A DNA stretch of 64,000 bases, taken from sequence record ON568341.1; one strand, written 5' to 3'. The notes under the pieces were generated by a model. It was not told where the DNA came from. It ran no database searches and saw nothing but the letters and a program-made list of their open reading frames with translations. Every line of letters starts with the position of its first letter. The stretch's first letter is position 1. Positions 30,433 to 38,641 of the stretch are shown here, one piece after another. Origin of the DNA: Escherichia phage UE-S1. The position numbers were made by a program, and so were the translations under genes.

Positions 30433-30452
30433 ATAAATGAAAGGAGATCATT

Positions 30453-31076
30453 ATGAGTAGTATGATACGTGAATGGTCTTCATTCAATGATTCTAAAGTT
30501 GTTTTGGAACATCGTGATAATGGGTTTGGTGGGCGTGATTGTTACCTTCGTGGTATTGCAATTCAAGCAGACCAACGCAATTTGAACGAGAGAATTTACC
30601 CTTTATCTGAAATTACAAGAGCAGTAAATAATATGAATCAGCGTTTAGCTAAAGGTGAAAGTATTCTTGTTGAATGTGACCATCCAGAAACACTGACTAT
30701 TAATTTAGACCGAGTAGCAGCAATGATTACTAAGGTTTGGATGGAAGGTGCAAATGGTATGGCTGAAATCAAATTACTTGATACTGCACATGGTCAGAAT
30801 ATCCGTAAAATGCTAGAGGCTGGTGTAAAACTTGGTGTAAGTTCTCGCGGTTCCGGTAACGTAGATTATAATGGAATAGTTTCTGATTTTGAAATTATCA
30901 CTATTGATATTGTTGCTCAACCTAGTGCTCCAGAAGCATACCCAACAGCGGTATTTGAATCTCTGATGAGTAAGTACGGATCACCTTGTAATGGTTCTAA
31001 AAAAATCACTGAATCTAAAAAAGTAAATAATTTAGATTCTGAAATATACGATTTTTTCAAGAAATTAAAAGGTTAA
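30453..31076 (+). CDS. gp21: Prohead core protease gp21
   Basis: LGVSSRGSGNV parallels T4 gp21 PGVSSRGLGSL. ERIYPL parallels KRLYPK. Confidence 0.85.
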   Translation: MSSMIREWSSFNDSKVVLEHRDNGFGGRDCYLRGIAIQADQRNLNERIYPLSEITRAVNNMNQRLAKGESILVECDHPETLTINLDRVAAMITKVWMEGANGMAEIKLLDTAHGQNIRKMLEAGVKLGVSSRGSGNVDYNGIVSDFEIITIDIVAQPSAPEAYPTAVFESLMSKYGSPCNGSKKITESKKVNNLDSEIYDFFKKLKG

Positions 31077-31087
31077 CATTTTAAAAA

Positions 31088-31120
31088 TATAAATATCTGT
31101 ATGTTGAAGTACAGATATTT
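31088..31120 (+). promoter_or_regulatory. Late promoter TATAAATA plus 11-bp leader hairpin upstream of the scaffold gene
   Basis: TATAAATA at 31088-31095. Perfect inverted repeat AAATATCTGTA / TACAGATATTT at 31091-31101 and 31110-31120. Confidence 0.5.
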
Positions 31121-31142
31121 CAGTACTTAAAGGAGAGAACGA

Positions 31143-32258
31143 ATGTCTAAATTAGAAAAGCTTCTAAAAGAATCATCTCTTTCTGATGAGGCAAAACAGC
31201 TAATTCAGGAAGCATGGAATGAAGAAAAGAATACACTAGCCGCAGAGATGCGTGAAGAAATGAAAGGCCGTTATCAGCAAGATTTGGCTGAATTAACCGA
31301 AGGGTTGAACACTATGGTTACTCAAGTCATTGCTGAAGAAATGGGTGCTGTATATGAAGAGAAAAAACGTCTTGTTGAAGACCGTGTAACTCTACGTAAA
31401 ACACTAAGCAATTTCTCTGCGTTTTCAAATTCTGTTTTGGCTGAAGAAGTTAAACAAATGCGTAAAGAGCGTAAGCATCTGCATGAATGCATGGGTAAAT
31501 TCGTTAATTTTTCTAACGGTATCCTAGCAGAAGAACTAAAAGAATTCCACACAGAAAAACGTCAACTGGTTGAAGCTCGTGTAAAATTACTTGCAGAAGG
31601 TTCACGTCAAATTGCTGAAGCTCGTAATAACTTCATCAAACGTACATCTGAAAGTGCTGCTAAATATATTGCAGAGACAACACAGAAGAATCTATATGCG
31701 TTAAAACAAGATCTAGTGGAAGCGAAACAAAATATGTTTGGTCGTAAAATCTTTGAAGCATTTGCTCAAGAATTTAATGTCAAACAATTCAATGAAAATT
31801 CATTGCTACGTTCACTAACTGAAACAATTAAATCTAAAGAAGATGAAATTGATCAAGTTAAGCAAGAACTACATGAAACTGTTAATGCGGTTAAAGCTGC
31901 TAAAACTAAACTACGTATTATGGAAGATGCACAAGCCCGTAATGCGATTATGTCAGAACTAGTAAAACCACTAACTGCACAGCAAAAACAAATTATGGAA
32001 TCCCTTCTAGCAACTTCACCTACTGAAAAGCTTAAAGAAGATTTCAGTAAGTACCATAAGTCAGTACTTAACGGTACTAAAGTAAATGAATCTGCTACCA
32101 CTCGTCAAGCAGTTCAGTCTTCCGCTAAGAAAACTCTTGCAGAAGGTAAAGTGATCACTGGCAACCGTCAGGCTATTGTTGAAAGCGAAGAAATGACCGC
32201 TGACGATATGGCATTCCTAAAAGAACTCGATGTTCTTTCGGGTATCAATAAAAAATAA
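31143..32258 (+). CDS. gp22: Prohead scaffold protein gp22
   Basis: 371-aa charged, coiled-coil-type sequence between protease and major capsid genes. Confidence 0.6.
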   Translation: MSKLEKLLKESSLSDEAKQLIQEAWNEEKNTLAAEMREEMKGRYQQDLAELTEGLNTMVTQVIAEEMGAVYEEKKRLVEDRVTLRKTLSNFSAFSNSVLAEEVKQMRKERKHLHECMGKFVNFSNGILAEELKEFHTEKRQLVEARVKLLAEGSRQIAEARNNFIKRTSESAAKYIAETTQKNLYALKQDLVEAKQNMFGRKIFEAFAQEFNVKQFNENSLLRSLTETIKSKEDEIDQVKQELHETVNAVKAAKTKLRIMEDAQARNAIMSELVKPLTAQQKQIMESLLATSPTEKLKEDFSKYHKSVLNGTKVNESATTRQAVQSSAKKTLAEGKVITGNRQAIVESEEMTADDMAFLKELDVLSGINKK

Positions 32259-32296
32259 ACATTTTAAAGCATTTTAATAATCAATTTTTTCAGTTC

Positions 32297-32352
32297 TATA
32301 AATAATATCATACTGAAAAACGAATATAACATCTTTAAGGAGATATATAATG
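32297..32352 (+). repeat. Conserved late-gene leader element, copy B, including TATAAATA
   Basis: ctataaataatatcatactgaaaaacgaatataacatctttaaggagatatataATG. TATAAATA at 32297-32304. Confidence 0.6.
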
Positions 32353-33525
32353 TCACAACTACTAAATGAATCCAAATGGGTAGCAGTAAAAGAGAAACTA
32401 GTTGAAGGTCTACAGGGTACTCGTAAGTCTGTAATGGAAACTGTTCTTGATAACCATCGTAAAGTTATGCTAACTGAATCCGCAACTTCTGGTGCAACTA
32501 CCGCTGGTAATATCGCTACACTAAACAAAGTGATTCTACCAATTATGCGTCGTGTAATGCCAACTGTTATTGCTAACGAAATTATCGGTGTTCAGCCTAT
32601 GACTGGCCCAGTCGGTCAAATTCACACCCTACGTGTACAATATGCTGATAATGCACCTGGTGTTATCGCTGGTGAAGAAATGCTTTCTCCATACAAAATC
32701 GCTAAATCCTACTCTGGTGAACTAAATTCTGATAACAGCAATCCTCAAGCTGCTCCTACTAGCCAACTAGAAGGTACTATGGGTCGTCGCGTTAACATCC
32801 GTATTCTACGTGAAACAGTTGAAGCGAAATCTCGTCGTCTATCTGCACGTTGGACTGTTGAATCTGCACAAGATGCTCAATCCCAACATGGTGTTGACGT
32901 TGAAGCAGAACTAATGGCTGCAATCGCTCAAGAAGTTACCGTAGAAATCGACCAAGAGCTACTAAGCCGTCTACGTGCACTACCTGGTGCTGCTGCTGTA
33001 ACTTATGACCAATCTAAAGTTACTGGTGTTGCAACCTTCGTTGGTGATGAGCACGCTGCTCTAGCAACTCTAATTAACCGTCAAGCAAACGAAGTTGCTC
33101 GTCGTACTAAGCGTGGTGCTGCAAACTGGGCTGTTGTTTCCCCAACTGCACTAACCATTCTACAATCTGCTACTACTTCTAGCTTTGCACGTACCACTGA
33201 AGGTACTTTCGAAGCACCAACTAACGTTAAGTTTGTAGGTACTCTAAATAGCACTATGCGTATTTTTGTTGATACTTATGCAAGTGATTCAGAAGATATT
33301 CTAATTGGTTATAAAGGTAATGCAGAAACTGATGCTGGTGTGTTCTATTGCCCATACATCCCACTAATGGCATCCGGTACTGTAATGGACCCTAACACTG
33401 GTGAATTGGTCACAACCTTCCTCACTCGTTATGGTTACGTACAACTCACTGACTCAACCAGTAGCTTGGGTAATGCTGCGGATTACTACAGCAAAATCGC
33501 TATCAAAAACGTTACTTTCATGTAA
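32350..33525 (+). CDS. gp23: Major capsid protein gp23
   Basis: IIGVQPMTGPVGQIHTLRVQY parallels T4 ICGVQPMNSPTGQVFALRAVY. VEAKSRRLSARWTVESAQD parallels IEAKSRQLKAAYSIELAQD. Only 391 aa against 521 in T4. Confidence 0.9.
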   Translation: MSQLLNESKWVAVKEKLVEGLQGTRKSVMETVLDNHRKVMLTESATSGATTAGNIATLNKVILPIMRRVMPTVIANEIIGVQPMTGPVGQIHTLRVQYADNAPGVIAGEEMLSPYKIAKSYSGELNSDNSNPQAAPTSQLEGTMGRRVNIRILRETVEAKSRRLSARWTVESAQDAQSQHGVDVEAELMAAIAQEVTVEIDQELLSRLRALPGAAAVTYDQSKVTGVATFVGDEHAALATLINRQANEVARRTKRGAANWAVVSPTALTILQSATTSSFARTTEGTFEAPTNVKFVGTLNSTMRIFVDTYASDSEDILIGYKGNAETDAGVFYCPYIPLMASGTVMDPNTGELVTTFLTRYGYVQLTDSTSSLGNAADYYSKIAIKNVTFM

Positions 33526-33571
33526 TATTGATTTTTGTAGAATTTATAGAATAAAAAACTTTTATACTAGG

Positions 33572-33594
33572 GACTCTTCGGAGTCCCTTTTTTG
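33572..33594 (+). terminator. Rho-independent terminator after the major capsid gene
   Basis: GGGACTC-ttcg-GAGTCCC followed by TTTTTT. Confidence 0.7.
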
Positions 33595-33616
33595 GTTTTT
33601 ATATAACTAAAAGATC

Positions 33617-33645
33617 TTGACAGTACTTAACAATTGTAGTATCAT
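33617..33645 (+). promoter_or_regulatory. Sigma70-like promoter (TTGACA-N17-TATCAT)
   Basis: Canonical -35 TTGACA at 33617-33622 and -10 TATCAT at 33640-33645. Confidence 0.45.
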
Positions 33646-33679
33646 ACGTGTAAATAAAGAAAAGAACTCGGAGAAAATC

Positions 33680-35275
33680 GTGTTAGAAGAAATCAAGAAG
33701 TTTTTATCAGAGAAAAATGTTCGTGGTGTTAAATCTGCTCTGCAAGCAAAATCTGTATACATTGAATTCCTGCGAGAGATGTTTGGTGATATCGATCTTA
33801 ATGAAATGATTTATATGGTATTGAATGATATTACTTCAGTGCCGAATGCTGAATGTGGTGACAAAGCTAAGTTTATAAGTATTACCGAAGGATATTCTTA
33901 CAAGTGCAATAAACCATTTCAAGGAAAAGGAAAATGCCTTATCTGTTGCTCCGCAGTTGCTAGGAAACGTAAAGAAACTTACAAAGAAAAAACTGGTTAT
34001 GATAACCCGGCACAGAATCCAGAAATTCAAAAGAAAATAGGGTATACCAATGAACAACGTTATGGCACTCGTATTGCTCAACAATCTGAACAAGTAAAGC
34101 AGAAATCAATAGAAACTAATATTAAAAAGTATGGTGTTGTTCATCCATCACAGTTGGAAAGTAATAAACAGCAACGTTTACAAACGGTACAAGAAAAGTA
34201 TGGTATCAATAATGTATGGCAACTTAATAAAGGTCTTAGTGCACGTTATGAACAGTTTAAAACACGATTTGAACAGGATGGTAAATTTACTCTTTTAAGT
34301 GATGAATCCCATTATGATAATAGCAATGACGCAACTCATGCAATCATGCACTGGAAATGTAATGAATGTGGTAATGAGTTTGATAAAGTTGCTCTTTGCT
34401 TACGCTGCCCTAAGTGTGAACCATATTCATCCAGTACTGAAGAAGTAAATCTTTATAATTACATTACCTCTATCTATAGTGGTGTGGTTATTCAAAACAG
34501 CCGCAACATCATCAAAGGTAATGAGATTGATATCTTCATCCCAGAATTGAAACTTGGTATTGAGTTCAATGGTGAGTATTGGCATCGTGATGAAGTTCGT
34601 GGTAAAAACTATCATCAATCCAAATACTTCAAAATGAAGGAAGCAGGATACAAACTTATCACTATCTATAGTAATGAATGGTCAAATAAAACTGAAATTG
34701 TTAAGAATCGTTTGAAAAGTTTGATTAGTGTGGATAGTAAAATCTATGCTCGTAAGTGTGAAGTTAGATTGGTTGCCCATGAAGAATGTGATAAATTTTT
34801 GTATGAACATCATATTCAAGGACCATGCCAATCATCAATCAAACTTGGACTTTACTATAATGATGATTTGGTTGCTTTGATGACATTTGGTGCACCACGA
34901 TTTAACAAGCAGTATGAATATGAATTACTGCGTTATTGTTCTAAAGGAACAGTTGTTGGGGGTGCATCGAAACTGTTAAAACATTTTGAACGTATGTATC
35001 TTCCTAAATCTCTTCTTTCATACGCCGATATGAACTGGAGTACTGGTAATTTGTATGAAAAAATTGGTTTTACTTTAGAAGAAGTAACTCAACCTGGTTA
35101 TTTTTACTATGATAGAAAAAACGAAGTTGTTTATTCTCGCCATCAATGCCAAAAACAAAAACTTATTAAAAAATATAATTTTGATAGTTCTATGACAGAG
35201 AAGGAAATGACAAAAGAATTAGGATACTTTAGAATCTATGATTGTGGTAACTTAGTTTATAAAAAGATTTACTAA
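33680..35275 (+). CDS. Free-standing homing-endonuclease-like protein: zinc ribbons, tandem KYG repeats, PD-(D/E)xK (Vsr/DUF559-like) core and GNAT-like C-terminal domain
   Basis: Cys pairs CLICC and CLRCPKCE. Four tandem repeats of about 20 aa. Nuclease core EIDIFIPELKLGIEFNGEYWH. C-terminal VVGGASKLL ... LYEKIGF resembles acetyltransferase motifs. Start set to GTG 33680 after GGAG. Sits after gp23, the position of segD in T4. Confidence 0.5.
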   Translation: MLEEIKKFLSEKNVRGVKSALQAKSVYIEFLREMFGDIDLNEMIYMVLNDITSVPNAECGDKAKFISITEGYSYKCNKPFQGKGKCLICCSAVARKRKETYKEKTGYDNPAQNPEIQKKIGYTNEQRYGTRIAQQSEQVKQKSIETNIKKYGVVHPSQLESNKQQRLQTVQEKYGINNVWQLNKGLSARYEQFKTRFEQDGKFTLLSDESHYDNSNDATHAIMHWKCNECGNEFDKVALCLRCPKCEPYSSSTEEVNLYNYITSIYSGVVIQNSRNIIKGNEIDIFIPELKLGIEFNGEYWHRDEVRGKNYHQSKYFKMKEAGYKLITIYSNEWSNKTEIVKNRLKSLISVDSKIYARKCEVRLVAHEECDKFLYEHHIQGPCQSSIKLGLYYNDDLVALMTFGAPRFNKQYEYELLRYCSKGTVVGGASKLLKHFERMYLPKSLLSYADMNWSTGNLYEKIGFTLEEVTQPGYFYYDRKNEVVYSRHQCQKQKLIKKYNFDSSMTEKEMTKELGYFRIYDCGNLVYKKIY

Positions 35276-35292
35276 AATACGGGAGAATACGG

Positions 35293-35643
35293 ATGTTAAC
35301 TGTATACAAATTTAACAAAGAAGAGTACTTAAAGAGTCAGTACTCAAATATAGAAATAAATGTTCCTTATGGTACGTTAGTTGGATATGATGAAGCCACT
35401 GAAACATTGTATTATAATGATGATAGATTGGATTATAGTTTAGATTCTTTCATAGAAGATATACTTAATACACAAACTGAAGATATGTTGTATGAAGAAT
35501 ACATCGATCATTATAGAGAACGTATGTCGGTGCTGCATTCTGATGCTCCTGTACTAAACATAGCACAAGAACCATCGGAATTTCAGCCACATAATCCTTT
35601 TCAACGTTTAATTGATATTGGTTTAAAATTCACTATTAGTTGA
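35293..35643 (+). CDS. Hypothetical protein (116 aa)
   Basis: ORF with an RBS inside the accessory island. Confidence 0.5.
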   Translation: MLTVYKFNKEEYLKSQYSNIEINVPYGTLVGYDEATETLYYNDDRLDYSLDSFIEDILNTQTEDMLYEEYIDHYRERMSVLHSDAPVLNIAQEPSEFQPHNPFQRLIDIGLKFTIS

Positions 35644-35682
35644 TAGATAAATATCTCCATATTAATGATGGAGATTGAATCT

Positions 35683-35991
35683 ATGTCACAGATATGTTAT
35701 GTTATAATAAACTCTGCATGGCCTGACTATGTTAAGATTGGTTTCACTTCTAAATCTGAAATGACAGAGCGTTTGAGAACGTATCAGACAGCTACCCCGT
35801 TTCGTGATTTTGAAGTTTATCATGAAGTTCACTTTGAAGACGCACGTTTAGCTGAAAAAGAGATACATAAAAGGCTTAAACAAATGAATGCAACTAGACA
35901 ACCAAACACGGAGTGGTTTAAAATGTCTAAAAAAATAGCAGCAAACATCATTGATTCTGTGTGGGATGATATGGATAACGACTTGCTATAG
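35683..35991 (+). CDS. T5orf172 / GIY-YIG-superfamily-like domain protein
   Basis: CYVIINSAWPDYVKIGFTS ... RLRTYQTATP pattern typical of T5orf172-type domains. Start at ATG 35683 after a GGAG RBS. Confidence 0.45.
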   Translation: MSQICYVIINSAWPDYVKIGFTSKSEMTERLRTYQTATPFRDFEVYHEVHFEDARLAEKEIHKRLKQMNATRQPNTEWFKMSKKIAANIIDSVWDDMDNDLL

Positions 35992-36031
35992 GAATAAATA
36001 TAGTATATATTAATCATAAAGGGATTTATAC

Positions 36032-37642
36032 ATGAGCATAAGTTTTAATAACCCATTGGATACAATGACCAGTACTGGTGCTAATGGATCTTTAGAACTA
36101 ATAGTGCTTGGTGGTACACCAACTAACCCAAGACCTATTCGTTTTAATTCGTCATCAGTTATTATACCAGTAAAAACACTACCTACTGGTGAGCAAGGTG
36201 CAATGGTTTTTGATAGAAATGAATTAGTTTTGAAGTATCATAACGGTACAAGTTGGATTGCAGTGTACGATAATGATACTATTTTGGAGCCAATTAGGAT
36301 TTCACTAGATGAAGTAAACAGAAAACTAAATTTAAAGGTAGAAAGTGTAACATATAGTAGCAGTTCTGTTCCAAGTGCAAGTATAAGTGGAACTAATTTA
36401 AATATTGTATTCCCTACTGTGTCTACGGGTGGTTCTGGCCCTACTGGACTTTATACTTCACTAAAACCTGGGGCTATTACACAATATTCATTGACTTCTG
36501 GTCAATCGGTTGCTAGTATACGCGAACAAATGTCAGGACAATCGAATGGACAAAGTGGACGAAACGGTTCACAAGGTGCTCCGTGGAAAACGTCAGACGG
36601 TTGGTGTTTTGCTGATGGTATGTGGTGGCAATGGGAGGGGGAAAATGGTACAATTACCAAACAAGTACCAAACCTTAACCAAAACGCGTATTTAAAAGGT
36701 ATATCCACATCGGGTGTAACTAAAACTGATAGTGTTATTGGTAGTAGCGGTAATATTAGCGGCACAGTATTAAGTGTTGCCCAGTTACCATCACACTCAT
36801 TTAGTTTTAGTGGGACCACTAGTGCTGCTGGTCGTCACGGTCATAGTCAGGCACTAAAAGGTAATGACCGTAGTGGTCTAAATGCAATAACATCTAGTAG
36901 AGATAATGGCATCCCAACTGTAATCAGTAATATTAATGAAGCACCCGACCATGTTCACTCATTTAGTGGAAACACAAACACACTTGGTGGAAATCAGCCA
37001 CATTATCATGGCATTAGTAACATTGATGTGGAACACTTAAACGTCGCCTACCTATATAACATTGCTGAATCTAACGTCGCATTGAGCGAAAAAGTTGCAA
37101 ATAAACGTTATGTACTAAAAACTGGTGATACAATGACTGGTTCATTGACTATTGCAAACAGTGCATCCATACAGTCAAATGATACATCATTAGTTCTTTA
37201 TTTCCGCAATGCAAGTGGTGGTGAACGTGCAGCGGTATATCATAACTCATCAAACAATACCTTGAGATTACGTTCCGGTGGTGCTGAAGTAGCTGTAAAC
37301 TCTTCTGGTAACTTATCTGCTCCATCTTTAACTGTTTCTACTAACTCAGCTACTGTTGGTGGCAAAAATATTGTTCGTTCTATTAACGGAAATGCAGCAG
37401 ATGGTAATGGTAATGTTACATTACAAATTAGTGCTAATAATGTACAAAGTGTACGTTTGAGTGCAAGAATTGAAACTGGTAAAATGTCTGACAAGTCGTG
37501 GACATATACACCGGAGGGTTCCTTTATGGATGGAATATATCTTTCTGTAAATGGTAGCTCTGGTACACACGTCGAACGCCTAAGTTATCGTTTTATTCAA
37601 GTACAAATTAATGGCAACTGGGAAACTGTACGTCCACAATAA
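36032..37642 (+). CDS. Tail fibre protein (receptor-binding, His-rich tip motifs)
   Basis: 536 aa, Ser/Thr/Gly/Asn-rich beta-type sequence with HGHSQ, HVHSF and HYHG His clusters. Followed by a tail-fibre assembly chaperone gene. Confidence 0.6.
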   Translation: MSISFNNPLDTMTSTGANGSLELIVLGGTPTNPRPIRFNSSSVIIPVKTLPTGEQGAMVFDRNELVLKYHNGTSWIAVYDNDTILEPIRISLDEVNRKLNLKVESVTYSSSSVPSASISGTNLNIVFPTVSTGGSGPTGLYTSLKPGAITQYSLTSGQSVASIREQMSGQSNGQSGRNGSQGAPWKTSDGWCFADGMWWQWEGENGTITKQVPNLNQNAYLKGISTSGVTKTDSVIGSSGNISGTVLSVAQLPSHSFSFSGTTSAAGRHGHSQALKGNDRSGLNAITSSRDNGIPTVISNINEAPDHVHSFSGNTNTLGGNQPHYHGISNIDVEHLNVAYLYNIAESNVALSEKVANKRYVLKTGDTMTGSLTIANSASIQSNDTSLVLYFRNASGGERAAVYHNSSNNTLRLRSGGAEVAVNSSGNLSAPSLTVSTNSATVGGKNIVRSINGNAADGNGNVTLQISANNVQSVRLSARIETGKMSDKSWTYTPEGSFMDGIYLSVNGSSGTHVERLSYRFIQVQINGNWETVRPQ

Positions 37643-37652
37643 GGAGTGTGTG

Positions 37653-38162
37653 ATGCAATTAACAAATTTTAAGATGTATGACAAAGAAGGTGGTAATTCT
37701 AATTCATTATATATGATTTCTGATGAAGGTATGGATTGGTATGATTCTCGTGGATTGTTTGACATTAATAAAGCAAAATTTATGTATGATAATAATGGTC
37801 TGATTGTTTCAGCATCATACAACATTCACGAATTAGTACCTTTGGGTTTTAGCGTTGCTGAAATAGATTATGATGGGGATATCAATAAACTATATGGTAT
37901 GGTTTATGATGGTAACACTATTAGTGAATATGTTGAAACTAAAGAAGAAAAAAATGAACGCTTAAAAAATGAATTGGCAAATTTAAAATATATGGCAATC
38001 CAAGAAATCAGCCACTTAAAAACCGCTATGGATCTTGGTTTAGCAACGGATGAAGAATCAGTATTGTTTGGGAAATTAAAAGAATATGTAACACAATTAT
38101 CTTCAATTAAACCAGCAGATATGATTAAGAAAACATTTTCATTCCCAGTTAAACCTGAATAA
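37653..38162 (+). CDS. Tail fibre assembly chaperone (Tfa-like)
   Basis: Approximately 170 aa. C-terminal LGLATDEE motif characteristic of lambda Tfa / Mu U-type chaperones. Start ATG 37653 after AAGGAG. Confidence 0.5.
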   Translation: MQLTNFKMYDKEGGNSNSLYMISDEGMDWYDSRGLFDINKAKFMYDNNGLIVSASYNIHELVPLGFSVAEIDYDGDINKLYGMVYDGNTISEYVETKEEKNERLKNELANLKYMAIQEISHLKTAMDLGLATDEESVLFGKLKEYVTQLSSIKPADMIKKTFSFPVKPE

Positions 38163-38199
38163 AAAATTGGGACAGTGGATATAACTGTGATACACTTAA

Positions 38200-38234
38200 G
38201 TCATCTCACTAATGGTAGTGAGATGACATTTTTT
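38200..38234 (+). terminator. Strong rho-independent terminator
   Basis: 12-bp perfect stem GTCATCTCACTA-atgg-TAGTGAGATGAC followed by ATTTTTT. Confidence 0.75.
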
Positions 38235-38259
38235 CAAAACACATGGAGATATACAAAAA

Positions 38260-38562
38260 ATGGCTAAATCTAAAAAAGAAGTTAAAGTAGAAATTCGTGA
38301 TCTAAACGATGAACAACGTAAACGTCTCGGTGATGCACTTAATAACATTGTTGTACAACTTACTTTCATTGATGATACCAAAGCATCCTTGTCAGATTTT
38401 GTTTCTAGTATTTCAGATGAACTAGGTATCAATGCATCTGATATCAAGCAAGCTGCACAGCGTATGTACAAAGGTGATTACTTTGATAAACAAAGCAAAC
38501 TAGATAACATCGAAACTATCCTAAGTGTTACTAATAATCTACCACAAGCAGATGATTACTAA
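38260..38562 (+). CDS. Small protein, possibly DsbA-like dsDNA-binding late-transcription factor
   Basis: 100 aa. MAKSKKE start and DELGINASDIKQAAQRMYKGDYFD weakly parallel T4 DsbA DELGVDGKMFNRLLALYHKDNRD. Confidence 0.3.
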   Translation: MAKSKKEVKVEIRDLNDEQRKRLGDALNNIVVQLTFIDDTKASLSDFVSSISDELGINASDIKQAAQRMYKGDYFDKQSKLDNIETILSVTNNLPQADDY

Positions 38563-38585
38563 TTTCTAATAAAATATATTCAATG

Positions 38586-38613
38586 GCCTCCAGTGACGGA
38601 GGCTTTCTTTTTA
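38586..38613 (+). terminator. Hairpin terminator / possible translational operator upstream of the polymerase gene
   Basis: GCCTCC-agtgac-GGAGGC followed by TTTCTTTTT. Lies 30 nt upstream of the gp43 start. Confidence 0.5.
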
Positions 38614-38641
38614 ACTTAATAAACGTAAGGGAATATAAACG

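Noticed and set aside
33617-33679. ORF-track TTG start of the homing-endonuclease-like gene
   Set aside because: The TTG is the first half of a TTGACA -35 element; a GTG with GGAG RBS at 33680 is more plausible.
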